A stretch of DNA of 50,115 nt, the filler included, from Candidatus Zhuqueibacterota bacterium (lineage in GTDB: Bacteria; BS750m-G25), in assembly GCA_016783505.1 (NCBI GenBank). It is 4 parts of 4 records of this genome, joined end to end, with 100 filler letters (N's around TTAATTAATTAA, not from the genome) between each part and the next. Parts side by side here need not be neighbours in the genome. Positions count along the whole stretch, not along the records: positions 1 to 12,796 come from JADHWK010000064.1; positions 12,897 to 25,657 come from JADHWK010000065.1; 2 more parts are not named here. One strand, written 5' to 3'. Numbering within the stretch: the first letter of the stretch is position 1; each line of letters starts with the position of its first letter. Below are positions 8,313-16,603 of this stretch, one piece after another. The notes beneath the pieces are model-generated. The model did no database searches and was not told where the DNA came from. It saw only the letters and a program-made list of their open reading frames with translations. The translations under genes and the position numbers were made by a program.

Positions 8313-10304
8313 TTATAACCTAATGAAAGACCTATTTCGAAAAGAACGCCTGTAGAGATGCGTTTCTCTTTTTTTTTTCTGTTTACCTCTGCCTATTTCA
8401 TACTCAATAGGAGTTATATCATGTGTAGTGTAGATAGCTTTCTGGATAATCTTTGGTATATCAATAACAAAACGATGAAGGTCTCGTTTCCATAAATCTC
8501 GTGCTGTTATACATATGTCTTGTTCAACCAATCCAAGCAACCGGGGTCGATCTTTCATATCTTCTTTATGTATATCATTAACTGTACCTTTTAACAAATT
8601 ATTTCTTTCAATAACTTTTTGATCCTTCTTTATTGAAATCGAAATAAAAACAGGATGCTCTGGAAAGATTTTTTTCTGTCCATACTGTGAATCTGCATCT
8701 GGTTGATCGTTTATAGGAGAAAGCATATATTTAATAATTTTATCATTCATCAAAGGAAACTCTCCTTTATTTATCCAGCTAATGCCAAATCGTGGAGCAA
8801 ACAAAGGATTCAGCATACCATGTTCTGGAATATAATCCTTATTAGTATTTATGCTTATTAATTCCTCAGGACTGCATAAAAGAAACCGATTCAAAAAGCC
8901 TTTTCTTAATATTTTTTTAGCTGCCTCACTAATATTAAGAGGTATAGAAAATCTTGAACCTTCAAACGAATATGCTTCTATTCCTTTTTTTTCACAATCT
9001 TTGCCAAAGGAGAGAATAAATGATCTCACCTCACGGAATTCCTCCTCTGTCTCCACATTGACATCTTTATTAAAAGTTAGTGTTGCCAGAGACACAAAAG
9101 CATCAGCTTGTGATTTAGCCGAAATAAAACTAACCTCTTTCGCCTGCTTTTTACTCCGATTGATTTCATTGTCAATCGCTTTTTCACATAGGTTCAAAAA
9201 GGTCAGGATATTTCCTCCAGAAAGTTTAACTAACCTATCGAATCCATAATACAATTTTTGTCTCATATTTCGACTTGTGCCTTTTTCAAAAGTATGAAGT
9301 CGTCTAAGATTTTCACCAGGACTATTACCCTTGTCTATAATATGCTCTATTTTTTGTGGAAATTTTTCAGAAAACACTTCAGCCATATCTATTTCATCTT
9401 TTCCCTGAGGTGATAGTATCTTAATTGTAATTTTTCGAAGAAGTCTTTCATATTGAATATCATAAGGGTCATGGTCTAAAGATAAAATTCCTAAGTCTCT
9501 TGTAAGGTCAATTTTTCTACCCGAAACATCTGAACCAAAAGACTCTGGGAGATATCTTGCGGCGAATTTAACACATAGAGTCTCTTTTAAACTGTGATCT
9601 AAAAAAATATTTAAAACCTTACCTAATCCTTTCCAGTAGTCATATTTATCTACTAAGAGGCATAATCTCTGCTTTCCAATTTTGGTTAATAACTCATCAT
9701 TCATCCGTTCTATCGTAGAAATAAACATGTCCGAGTTAAGGACTCTCATATTTAATTGCTCAGAAAAATCTCTGATTAATCTATTATTTATGATGTTATT
9801 TCTAATTATACTTATTACTTTCTTAAGCCTTTCAATTAGACTATTTACATTAATATTTTCTATATTTAACATATATTCCTCATTGATAATATGAGGGAGA
9901 ATTTCTAACATTTTATAGTCATCATTTAAGAGATTATCCTTTAATTGTATAAGAAGTTCTAAAGCCGTTTTTACACTGAAAAAATGTTCAAAAGTGGCAA
10001 AGTCACTGTAGTCTTGGTATAATCGCACAAGATGTTTCAATTCGGGATTTTTAAAGCCTATATAAACTCCATAGAAAGACAAGTTTTCTAATCTATTTCT
10101 CTTTAATTGAACAGATAAAGAAAGTGCTTTTAAAACAGCAGACTTTCCGCTCCCTGTAGAGCCAATCAAAATACAGTGCCCTGGCTGTAAATATTTTTCA
10201 TAGTCTGGAGGCTCTGCAAATAATGAGTAAATTTCATTAAAATCAATATGTTCAGCGTTTTTCTCTCTCCTAAAAGGATTATCAATCAACTTAAATTTGA
10301 CCAT
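8313..10304 (-). CDS. P-loop ATPase (STAND / ORC-CDC6-like), N-terminal part of a frameshifted ~878-aa fusion
   Basis: N-terminal NPF motif, Walker A ILIGSTGSGKS, Walker B LCLLVDKYD, helical-domain motif LSGGNI. The last ~18 aa after the A10 run look out of frame. Confidence 0.7.
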   Translation of the reverse strand: MVKFKLIDNPFRREKNAEHIDFNEIYSLFAEPPDYEKYLQPGHCILIGSTGSGKSAVLKALSLSVQLKRNRLENLSFYGVYIGFKNPELKHLVRLYQDYSDFATFEHFFSVKTALELLIQLKDNLLNDDYKMLEILPHIINEEYMLNIENINVNSLIERLKKVISIIRNNIINNRLIRDFSEQLNMRVLNSDMFISTIERMNDELLTKIGKQRLCLLVDKYDYWKGLGKVLNIFLDHSLKETLCVKFAARYLPESFGSDVSGRKIDLTRDLGILSLDHDPYDIQYERLLRKITIKILSPQGKDEIDMAEVFSEKFPQKIEHIIDKGNSPGENLRRLHTFEKGTSRNMRQKLYYGFDRLVKLSGGNILTFLNLCEKAIDNEINRSKKQAKEVSFISAKSQADAFVSLATLTFNKDVNVETEEEFREVRSFILSFGKDCEKKGIEAYSFEGSRFSIPLNISEAAKKILRKGFLNRFLLCSPEELISINTNKDYIPEHGMLNPLFAPRFGISWINKGEFPLMNDKIIKYMLSPINDQPDADSQYGQKKIFPEHPVFISISIKKDQKVIERNNLLKGTVNDIHKEDMKDRPRLLGLVEQDICITARDLWKRDLHRFVIDIPKIIQKAIYTTHDITPIEYEIGRGKQKKKRETHLYRRSFRNRSFIRL

Positions 10305-10371
10305 TTCCTATCACCTATTGTTTTTGACTCTTTAATCAATTTTTGCTGGTGCAAAAGTCTCGCAAAATGTC

Positions 10372-10442
10372 GCCTAACGGTACCAGCATATACGACGTTT
10401 TGTGATAGCAAAATGTCCCGAAGCGTATATGCTGTGTTATCT
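10372..10442 (-). repeat. attC-like site 2
   Basis: Minus strand AGATAAC-A-CAGCATATACG...CGTATATGCTG-GTACC-GTTAGGC, with 11-bp perfect arms. Confidence 0.85.
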
Positions 10443-10458
10443 GCCGTTATAATAAATA

Positions 10459-11118
10459 TCAGTTGAATAAAGACCAAATAACACTTGCTAACAAAGAGGA
10501 TAGAATACCAGCTATAAAACCTATTACTATTTTCTTATTTTTATACCACCAAGTAGAAATTATAATTGCTTCCTTAATTTCACCTGCAATATTCTTCGCA
10601 TTCTCTTTGAACGCTTTATCATATGCTTCATTAATGGGCAAACTTTCGTCTTTTTCTTCAGGATCAGGTTTCTTCATTATTTTGGTTGCTTTGGTTTTAA
10701 GAATGTGAATTGCATCATCAAGTGTTCCTTTACGTGTGAAAAATAAATATGGAATAGATTTAAAATTTTGACCAATGACATATGCTAGCGTAATTCCGCC
10801 ATTAGATGATTGATTAAGCTTGGCAAGAACTGTTCGAAATTTTGTTTGCGCTTTTAGATATAATTTTCTTTCAACGTGTAATTTTTGTAATTGCTCCTCA
10901 GTTGGCCGAGAATCCATCGGATAGTATAAATCTAATACAAAAATGTCAGGCCTTTTTCTTCCCTGCTTTTTTAAATCATCTAATGCCTCAGGATAAGTTG
11001 TTCCAGCGCCAATGATAAAACCATTCTCAAGTTTATCCTTGTCAAGGTTATTCTTGAAGCGCTTAATTTCATCTTGGTCGTCATCAATAAAGCAAATTGC
11101 ATATTCTTTTTGATACAT
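10459..11118 (-). CDS. Cassette protein: receiver (REC)-like domain with C-terminal transmembrane helix
   Basis: ICFIDDD, FVLDLYYP, FFTRKG and KKP receiver-like motifs; hydrophobic tail IVIGFIAGILSSLLASVIW. Confidence 0.65.
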   Translation of the reverse strand: MYQKEYAICFIDDDQDEIKRFKNNLDKDKLENGFIIGAGTTYPEALDDLKKQGRKRPDIFVLDLYYPMDSRPTEEQLQKLHVERKLYLKAQTKFRTVLAKLNQSSNGGITLAYVIGQNFKSIPYLFFTRKGTLDDAIHILKTKATKIMKKPDPEEKDESLPINEAYDKAFKENAKNIAGEIKEAIIISTWWYKNKKIVIGFIAGILSSLLASVIWSLFN

Positions 11119-11156
11119 TTAATCACCCATTCGTAGAGTTCGTATTAGGTAATGGC

Positions 11157-11294
11157 AGATAACGGTTGGCCGGTATACGAAGTGCGTACCTTAACGAAAT
11201 CTAAGTTAATAAATATGGTTGGGTTTTCAGTGTCTGTCAAGTATGTTTGAGAAGTAGTGGAGAAGCAAGCATTTTGTATACCGGCTTGTTGTGT
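11157..11294 (-). repeat. attC-like site 1
   Basis: Minus strand ACACAAC-AA-GCCGGTATAC...GTATACCGGC-CAACC-GTTATCT; begins a few bases after the stop of 11299..11802. Confidence 0.85.
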
Positions 11295-11298
11295 GCCG

Positions 11299-11802
11299 TT
11301 AATTACCTCTAAAACCAAATTTATGTAATTTTTCAAATTCTCCATTCTTATTTTTCTCTATAGATCTGGCTAAAAATTCTTTTGAACGTTGAAACTGTTT
11401 ATTGAATATTACCATGAATTCGCTACTATCAAGATCTTTTTCTTCAATACTATTTTTTTCAAGGTAAACCCTAATTGTAGTGTGTAATTGTAAATAGAAT
11501 TGGTCAATTAGCGATTCTTGATTAGGTTTCCATGAGATTTTCCACTTTTTGTGATGAGTTTGGTAGAATAGTAACTCTTCTGCAGTAATAATTGATGAAA
11601 GAAGACCTGATACTTTGTCATTCCTCCGCGGTGGCTTGCTCAGGTTAACCGGGTCTAAGTTATTATTACATTCTTTTGCTTTATCTGCTAGCTGACTATT
11701 AAGAAGACTTACTCTTTGATATCTTAATGCTCTAACTGCAACAAATAAAGAGATCATAGCAACAATAAGCGCGAAAATTGATGTTATTAAGCTGTAATTC
11801 AT
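11299..11802 (-). CDS. Cassette hypothetical protein with N-terminal TM helix
   Basis: 167-aa ORF filling cassette 1; AAAGGA RBS-like sequence upstream; hydrophobic N-terminus. Confidence 0.65.
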   Translation of the reverse strand: MNYSLITSIFALIVAMISLFVAVRALRYQRVSLLNSQLADKAKECNNNLDPVNLSKPPRRNDKVSGLLSSIITAEELLFYQTHHKKWKISWKPNQESLIDQFYLQLHTTIRVYLEKNSIEEKDLDSSEFMVIFNKQFQRSKEFLARSIEKNKNGEFEKLHKFGFRGN

Positions 11803-11838
11803 ATTAAAAAATTATGCAATTCCTTTAAATTTATTAAT

Positions 11839-11880
11839 GGCACACAACTTGTTCATATCCGAACTAGGTTCGGATATACC
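11839..11880 (-). promoter_or_regulatory. attI-like primary recombination site with internal hairpin
   Basis: Minus strand ATATCCGAAC-CTA-GTTCGGATAT-GAACAA-G|TTGTGTGCC. GTTGTGTGCC is exactly complementary to GGCACACAAC at the far end of cassette 1. Confidence 0.65.
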
Positions 11881-11900
11881 TTCCTCTAGCCGAATCGTTT

Positions 11901-12341
11901 TTAAGATTTTCCTCCTCTCTTACGAATGCTCAAACTATCCAGCGGGCTCCTAATTCTTCCAATGCTCTGTTTGCTAACATGGGTATATATTTCGGTTGTC
12001 TTACTACTCTTATGCCCCATCCCGAAATTTCGGGACTGAATATACCGGAGGTCAGTCCCGCTTTCTAATAGGTGTGTCGCAAAACTATGTCTAAGACTGT
12101 GTACCGAAACCTGTTTTTGAGTTCCTGCTATCCGGCATGCTTTTGTGAAAATCTTCTCAACCGTTCGCGATGTTATATGTTTGTCCTTGTTCTGTCCTGG
12201 AAACAACCACTTCTTTGGTCTGTATTCCTTCCAGTATCCCCTTAGAATACCCAATGATCTCTCGGAAAGAATGGTATATCTATCCTTCCTCCCTTTAGTA
12301 TCCCTAATGTGAATAAACATCCTTTTGCTGTCAATATGTTC
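11901..12341 (-). pseudogene. 5'-truncated tyrosine recombinase (integron-integrase-like)
   Basis: [21 protein letters not shown]...[37 protein letters not shown]. Box I Arg and the N-terminal domain are absent. Canonical ELL is replaced by SRNFGM. Confidence 0.85.
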
Positions 12342-12554
12342 TTTTCGGTTCTGGATTGTACATTACGCTCTCTTCCCTTCCATACCGAAAACGGCACCAC
12401 CTTTTCAAAGTACGAATCCCCGCCGTGGACATAGTCGCCCTCCTCTTCAACGAAGCGGTGATCAGCGGTAACAACAACCTTAAATTCCGACCCGACTCGC
12501 CGAACCCAGCATTCATGAGTATTAGAGAAATCCTTTCTACTCTGCCGTCCGCCG

Positions 12555-12791
12555 TCATCCATGAGAATTAATTTCGTACAACTCAGCAGTAAACTTGCCT
12601 GATGGCTTGACTCTTCCATTTAAGATATTCTCTACAATTTTTGCTGATGACAAAGGCATTGATTCTTGCCCACACTCTGGACATACATACATAACCAAGT
12701 CCGAAATAACAATAGGCTCGCCGTTACGAAGGAATATCTTTTCTTCTTTTCTTTCCTCCATTGGGAATGGACAGCCATTTGGACACTGCAT
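12555..12791 (-). CDS. YgiT/MqsA-type zinc-finger protein
   Basis: MQCPNGC...VISDLVMYVCPECGQE pattern, 78 aa; any partner gene would lie beyond the contig end. Confidence 0.7.
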   Translation of the reverse strand: MQCPNGCPFPMEERKEEKIFLRNGEPIVISDLVMYVCPECGQESMPLSSAKIVENILNGRVKPSGKFTAELYEINSHG

Positions 12792-12796
12792 AATAA

Positions 12797-12896
12797 NNNN
12801 NNNNNNNNNNNNNNNNNNNNNNNNNNNNNNNNNNNNNNNNTTAATTAATTAANNNNNNNNNNNNNNNNNNNNNNNNNNNNNNNNNNNNNNNNNNNN
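12797..12896. other. Assembly gap / artificial contig linker
   Basis: N-run with embedded TTAATTAATTAA (stop codons in all six frames). Confidence 0.98.
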
Positions 12897-12897
12897 G

Positions 12898-13263
12898 TTG
12901 CAGCGGGATCATGCCCTGATCATAGAACTGCTTTCCAATGAGATCCGTTCCGGCTCCAGTGATTCCTCCTTTATCTATGAGGACTCTTCCAGGGTAGCCA
13001 CCGGCCCGACTGTCCAGAGCGGGAGCTGCCTAAAAATGGGCTATCCTTCAGGGGAGGATCAGGTGTTCTATCAGGGCGGGGAGGACTTTGTGCTCATCAC
13101 CCCCAGTGGGACCAAGATTCGATTGGTTACCGGGATAGTGGATAGTCTAAGGTTTTACTATGACAATGTTTCTGATTCAACCAGATACATTAATTTTAAT
13201 TTATTTGTGAATAATGGTAATCTGAATCTTTCAAGTAAAAACACGGTCTTTTTCCGTAATTAG
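12898..13263 (+). CDS. Partial minor pilin/pseudopilin-like protein (5' end in gap)
   Basis: LQRDHALIIELLSNEIRSG helix and terminal ...VFFRN resemble PilW/PulJ-type proteins; lies upstream of the prepilin peptidase. Confidence 0.45.
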   Translation: MQRDHALIIELLSNEIRSGSSDSSFIYEDSSRVATGPTVQSGSCLKMGYPSGEDQVFYQGGEDFVLITPSGTKIRLVTGIVDSLRFYYDNVSDSTRYINFNLFVNNGNLNLSSKNTVFFRN

Positions 13264-13273
13264 GTGAGTTAAA

Positions 13274-14041
13274 ATGATTATTCCATCCATTGCTTTTTTC
13301 TGTTTCGGTAGCATTGTTGGGAGCTTTCTCAATACCGTTATATATCGGGTTCCCCGTCATGAGTCTTTATTATTTTCCTTTTCATACTGTCCTCAGTGCG
13401 GTGAAAAAATACACTTCTGGGATAACATTCCCATCATAAGCTTTTTGATTCTTGGAGGGAGATGCCGCTATTGTAAGAAACCCATCCCACTCAGGTATTT
13501 TTTAGTAGAACTGGTGACCGCCTTTTTATTTATGATCTCCTATTTTAAATATGGACTGAGCTATGAACTTATCTTCTTTGCATTCCTGGCTTTCATATTG
13601 GTTATCTTAACTTTTACTGACCTGGAAAAAAGAAGAATCCCTAATTCAGTAGTCATTGCAGGAATTTTTTTTGGTCTTTACATGTCCTTGATCTTCTGGC
13701 CGCTGGCCTTTATTGATTCCTTGCTTGGCTTTTTAGTTGGGTGCGTTATGCTTCTGTTTTGGGCTGTTATGGGAAAGCTGATTTTTGGGAAGGAAAGTTT
13801 AGGATGTGGGGACATAAAACTTGCGGCTATGATCGGGATTTTTCTGGGGGCGCGGGACATCCTGTTGGCCCTGTTCTTGGGCTTTCTGTTGGCGACGGTG
13901 GGGGGGGTCCTTTTGATTTTAATGCGAAGGTTGCGATGGGACAGCCGGATGCCGTTTGCCCCCTTTTTGGCGGCTGGTTCTCTGGGAACATTATTTTTGG
14001 GTAACTCCATTTTTGCATGGTATGGAAAGTTACTGGGATAA
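13274..14041 (+). CDS. pilD: Prepilin peptidase (A24)
   Basis: GSFLNTVIYRVP, CPQC...CRYC zinc motif, catalytic Asp in FTDLE and GCGDIKL, PFAPFL. Confidence 0.95.
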   Translation: MIIPSIAFFCFGSIVGSFLNTVIYRVPRHESLLFSFSYCPQCGEKIHFWDNIPIISFLILGGRCRYCKKPIPLRYFLVELVTAFLFMISYFKYGLSYELIFFAFLAFILVILTFTDLEKRRIPNSVVIAGIFFGLYMSLIFWPLAFIDSLLGFLVGCVMLLFWAVMGKLIFGKESLGCGDIKLAAMIGIFLGARDILLALFLGFLLATVGGVLLILMRRLRWDSRMPFAPFLAAGSLGTLFLGNSIFAWYGKLLG

Positions 14042-14115
14042 AAACTTTCAGAAAAAGAATAATGCAAAATTCAAAATTATTAAAAAGGGTCACTCCAAAA
14101 GAGTTCACAATTTAC

Positions 14116-14280
14116 GTATCTGTTTAGCTAAGTGTAATCTTGTCATTGCGATCCCGAAGTTTCGGGAGAAGCAATCTGTATCATTATAAATAAAAAGATT
14201 GCTTCGTCATCCCGAATACTCGGGATTCCTCGCAATGACAGTAAAAATTTTATTTTTTCTTCAAACGGCTAAACAGTTAC
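14116..14280. mobile_element. MITE with GTAACTGTTYAGC-type terminal inverted repeats and 8-bp target duplication; REP-like doublet inside
   Basis: CAATTTAC|GTATCTGTTTAGC...GGCTAAACAGTTAC|CAATTTAC. Internal TGTCATTGCGA...GAAGCAATCT / AGATTGCTTC...TCGCAATGACA inverted pair. Confidence 0.8.
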
Positions 14281-14359
14281 CAATTTACAGTGACATTTTT
14301 GGTCAATCATTTTGCAATTTGCCTGCCTATGGGTCGCACGCAGACAGGCAATTTAAATT

Positions 14360-15337
14360 TTGAAATTTGAATTTCCTGGTGTATTCGTGGCTTCATGGCT
14401 AAGCAGCTACAAATCTGAAGAAGGTAGTATCCTGGGGATGGTCTTGATTTTCTTCGTGATCCTGACCATTGTCGGTACTGCATTTCTTAGCATGGCTTCC
14501 CAGGAAGTGATGCTCAGCAGACGCTGGGTGCTGCGGGTGCAGGCGATGGGCTTGGCTGAGGGTGGAATAAATATTGGTTTATGGCGAATAAATCATGGGC
14601 CAGATTTATGTGGTACATTTTCTAATAGTTTTATGTCGGTTACTTATGATTCTTTATCCATGACCTTAACCTCCAATGGTACATCTGGAAATGTATCAAA
14701 AACGGTATCTGTGGAATTGTATAAAGATCATCCGTTTAACCATGTTGTCGCTTACAATACTCTATTGGACACCAGTAATTATCATATAAATTATCTGAAA
14801 GGGCACGGCATTAAGTATTTCAATCCGTTACCTCAAGTTAGTATGGATTACTACGATACTTCAGGTGTTGGTAATTATCACCATGCTGGGGACACCACCT
14901 TTAGCGCTACGCTTGATAGTGGGATTCACTACATAGTTGGCGATGTGTGGATGAGGAGCGGAAGTAGTCTAAATGGTACAATAGTCGTTATGGGTGGTAT
15001 AAAATTTACTGGAAGTGTAACTATACAGGCACAACAGATGCCTGACAGCTCTCTCTATTATCCTGCCATAATAGTTAGGGATACGGCGGAGACAGATATT
15101 TCCGGTACTCCTCTGCTGACTATAAAAGGAGCGGTATTTTCAACGGGGTACGTGAATTTCAAAGGGGATACCCTTACGGGACCCATTGTGGCGGACAGGG
15201 TAGAACTTAAAAGCAATGTAGTAATTACTGATTATGGCAGTGATACCTATTACCAATATCCCCCGGGCTTTGTGGGGCCGGATAATTACGATTGGGATAA
15301 ATTTATTAAAAAGGGGAGCTGGCAGAGCTTCGATTGA
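14360..15337 (+). CDS. PilX/GspK-like pilus assembly protein
   Basis: EEG|SILGMVLIFFVILTIVG prepilin-like site, AMGLAEGGI motif, beta-solenoid-like C-terminus; start uncertain. Confidence 0.7.
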   Translation: MKFEFPGVFVASWLSSYKSEEGSILGMVLIFFVILTIVGTAFLSMASQEVMLSRRWVLRVQAMGLAEGGINIGLWRINHGPDLCGTFSNSFMSVTYDSLSMTLTSNGTSGNVSKTVSVELYKDHPFNHVVAYNTLLDTSNYHINYLKGHGIKYFNPLPQVSMDYYDTSGVGNYHHAGDTTFSATLDSGIHYIVGDVWMRSGSSLNGTIVVMGGIKFTGSVTIQAQQMPDSSLYYPAIIVRDTAETDISGTPLLTIKGAVFSTGYVNFKGDTLTGPIVADRVELKSNVVITDYGSDTYYQYPPGFVGPDNYDWDKFIKKGSWQSFD

Positions 15338-15339
15338 AT

Positions 15340-15520
15340 GTAACAGTTCACCACGGAATCTCATCAGTCGGGCGCCTGACTGACGGAACTACACAGAAGT
15401 GTTCCGCTATCAGCAATCAGTCATCAGATATCAGCAATAAGTAATCAACAACAGCCATCTTTGTTCCCGAACCATCGGGAACTTGTCCCGACACCTCGGG
15501 ATTAGTGGCTTAACTGTTAC
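15340..15520. mobile_element. MITE, same terminal repeat family, 8-bp target duplication
   Basis: GATTGAAT|GTAACAGTTCACCAC...GTGGCTTAACTGTTAC|GATTGAAT. Confidence 0.8.
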
Positions 15521-15532
15521 GATTGAATAAAC

Positions 15533-16603
15533 ATGCTGTTCAAGGAGAAAAGAACTGTCGGGCTGGACATCGGGAGCAACGCCATAAAGGCGGTCGGCTT
15601 GAGGAAGGGGAAGAAAATTCAGGTGGATTTTCTGAAAGCAATTGATCTATATCAAAGCCGAAAGGTAAGCCGACCCGGGGACTTAAGCGATACTTTATTA
15701 GTGCAGGTGGTTCGGGAATTATTAGGGGGAATAAAAGGGGGATTAAAAAAAGTGAAGACTTCCGTTTCAAGCACCACCGCTTTAACCCGGATGATGGAAT
15801 TGCCCCTCCTGCCTGACGATGAACTAAAGGCCGCCATCCGGTGGGACGTGGCCCACATCATTCCCTTCGATATGGAAGGGGTTGAGTTTGACTACCACGT
15901 TTTAGATGTAGATAAGAACCGAAACCGGCAGATGGTGATCGTTGGTCTGGTGGCCGGGGAGGAGATGAACAGACATCTGGACATCCTCTCCCGGACGAAT
16001 CTGGAGCCCGAGATCGTGGACATTGATACCCTGTCCGTGTATAACTGTTTTGTGGCCCTGCATGACCTCCAAGAAGGGGAAACGGAGGCCGTCCTGGATA
16101 TAGGATCGGAGCGGACAAACCTAATCATGCTTAATCCCCCCCATAACCCCTTCTTCAAGGTCATTACCCTTGGGGGTAACACCCTCACCCGGGCCATTGA
16201 GAAACATTTTCATACCCCCTTTATCAATGCGGAAAAGCGGAAGCTTTTGGTGGACTGCCAACGGGTCAACGATGCCTGGCTTATGGAGCAGAGTCAGGAC
16301 TTTCAGTGGGTGAAATCCCTGCTGGGGATGGTGGCAGGGCTCGCCGAGGGGGTAAAAAGGGCGGATATTTACTACCAGATTATGCAGGGGGTGGGGGGGA
16401 TAAAAAGGGTATTCCTAACCGGGGGGGGATCGAAGCTGAAAAACCTTGATGTCCTGCTGGCCAACGACCTTCAGATCCCCGTCATCCACTGGAACCCCCT
16501 TAAGGAGGAAAAACTGGGGATTAACGATCAGCAAGATGAGGTTGAGGAGTGGGGACCCCATTTCGCCGTTGCTTTAGGGCTGGCCCTGCGGGAGGAGGTA
16601 TGA
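15533..16603 (+). CDS. pilM: Type IV pilus assembly protein PilM
   Basis: Actin-like motifs VGLDIGSNAIK, LDIGSERT and FLTGGGSKL; C-terminal FAVALGLALR. Confidence 0.92.
   Translation: MLFKEKRTVGLDIGSNAIKAVGLRKGKKIQVDFLKAIDLYQSRKVSRPGDLSDTLLVQVVRELLGGIKGGLKKVKTSVSSTTALTRMMELPLLPDDELKAAIRWDVAHIIPFDMEGVEFDYHVLDVDKNRNRQMVIVGLVAGEEMNRHLDILSRTNLEPEIVDIDTLSVYNCFVALHDLQEGETEAVLDIGSERTNLIMLNPPHNPFFKVITLGGNTLTRAIEKHFHTPFINAEKRKLLVDCQRVNDAWLMEQSQDFQWVKSLLGMVAGLAEGVKRADIYYQIMQGVGGIKRVFLTGGGSKLKNLDVLLANDLQIPVIHWNPLKEEKLGINDQQDEVEEWGPHFAVALGLALREEV

Noticed and set aside
12242-12619. Overlapping ORFs upstream of the recombinase as its missing N-terminus
   Set aside because: No box I (GLR) or SAM-like motifs in the frames examined; similarity stops near 12341.
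6377-12791. tRNA-targeted genomic island or prophage
   Set aside because: The accessory DNA lies at the 5' side of the tRNA, no duplicated tRNA 3' end was seen and no phage genes are present; cassette boundaries explain the region better.
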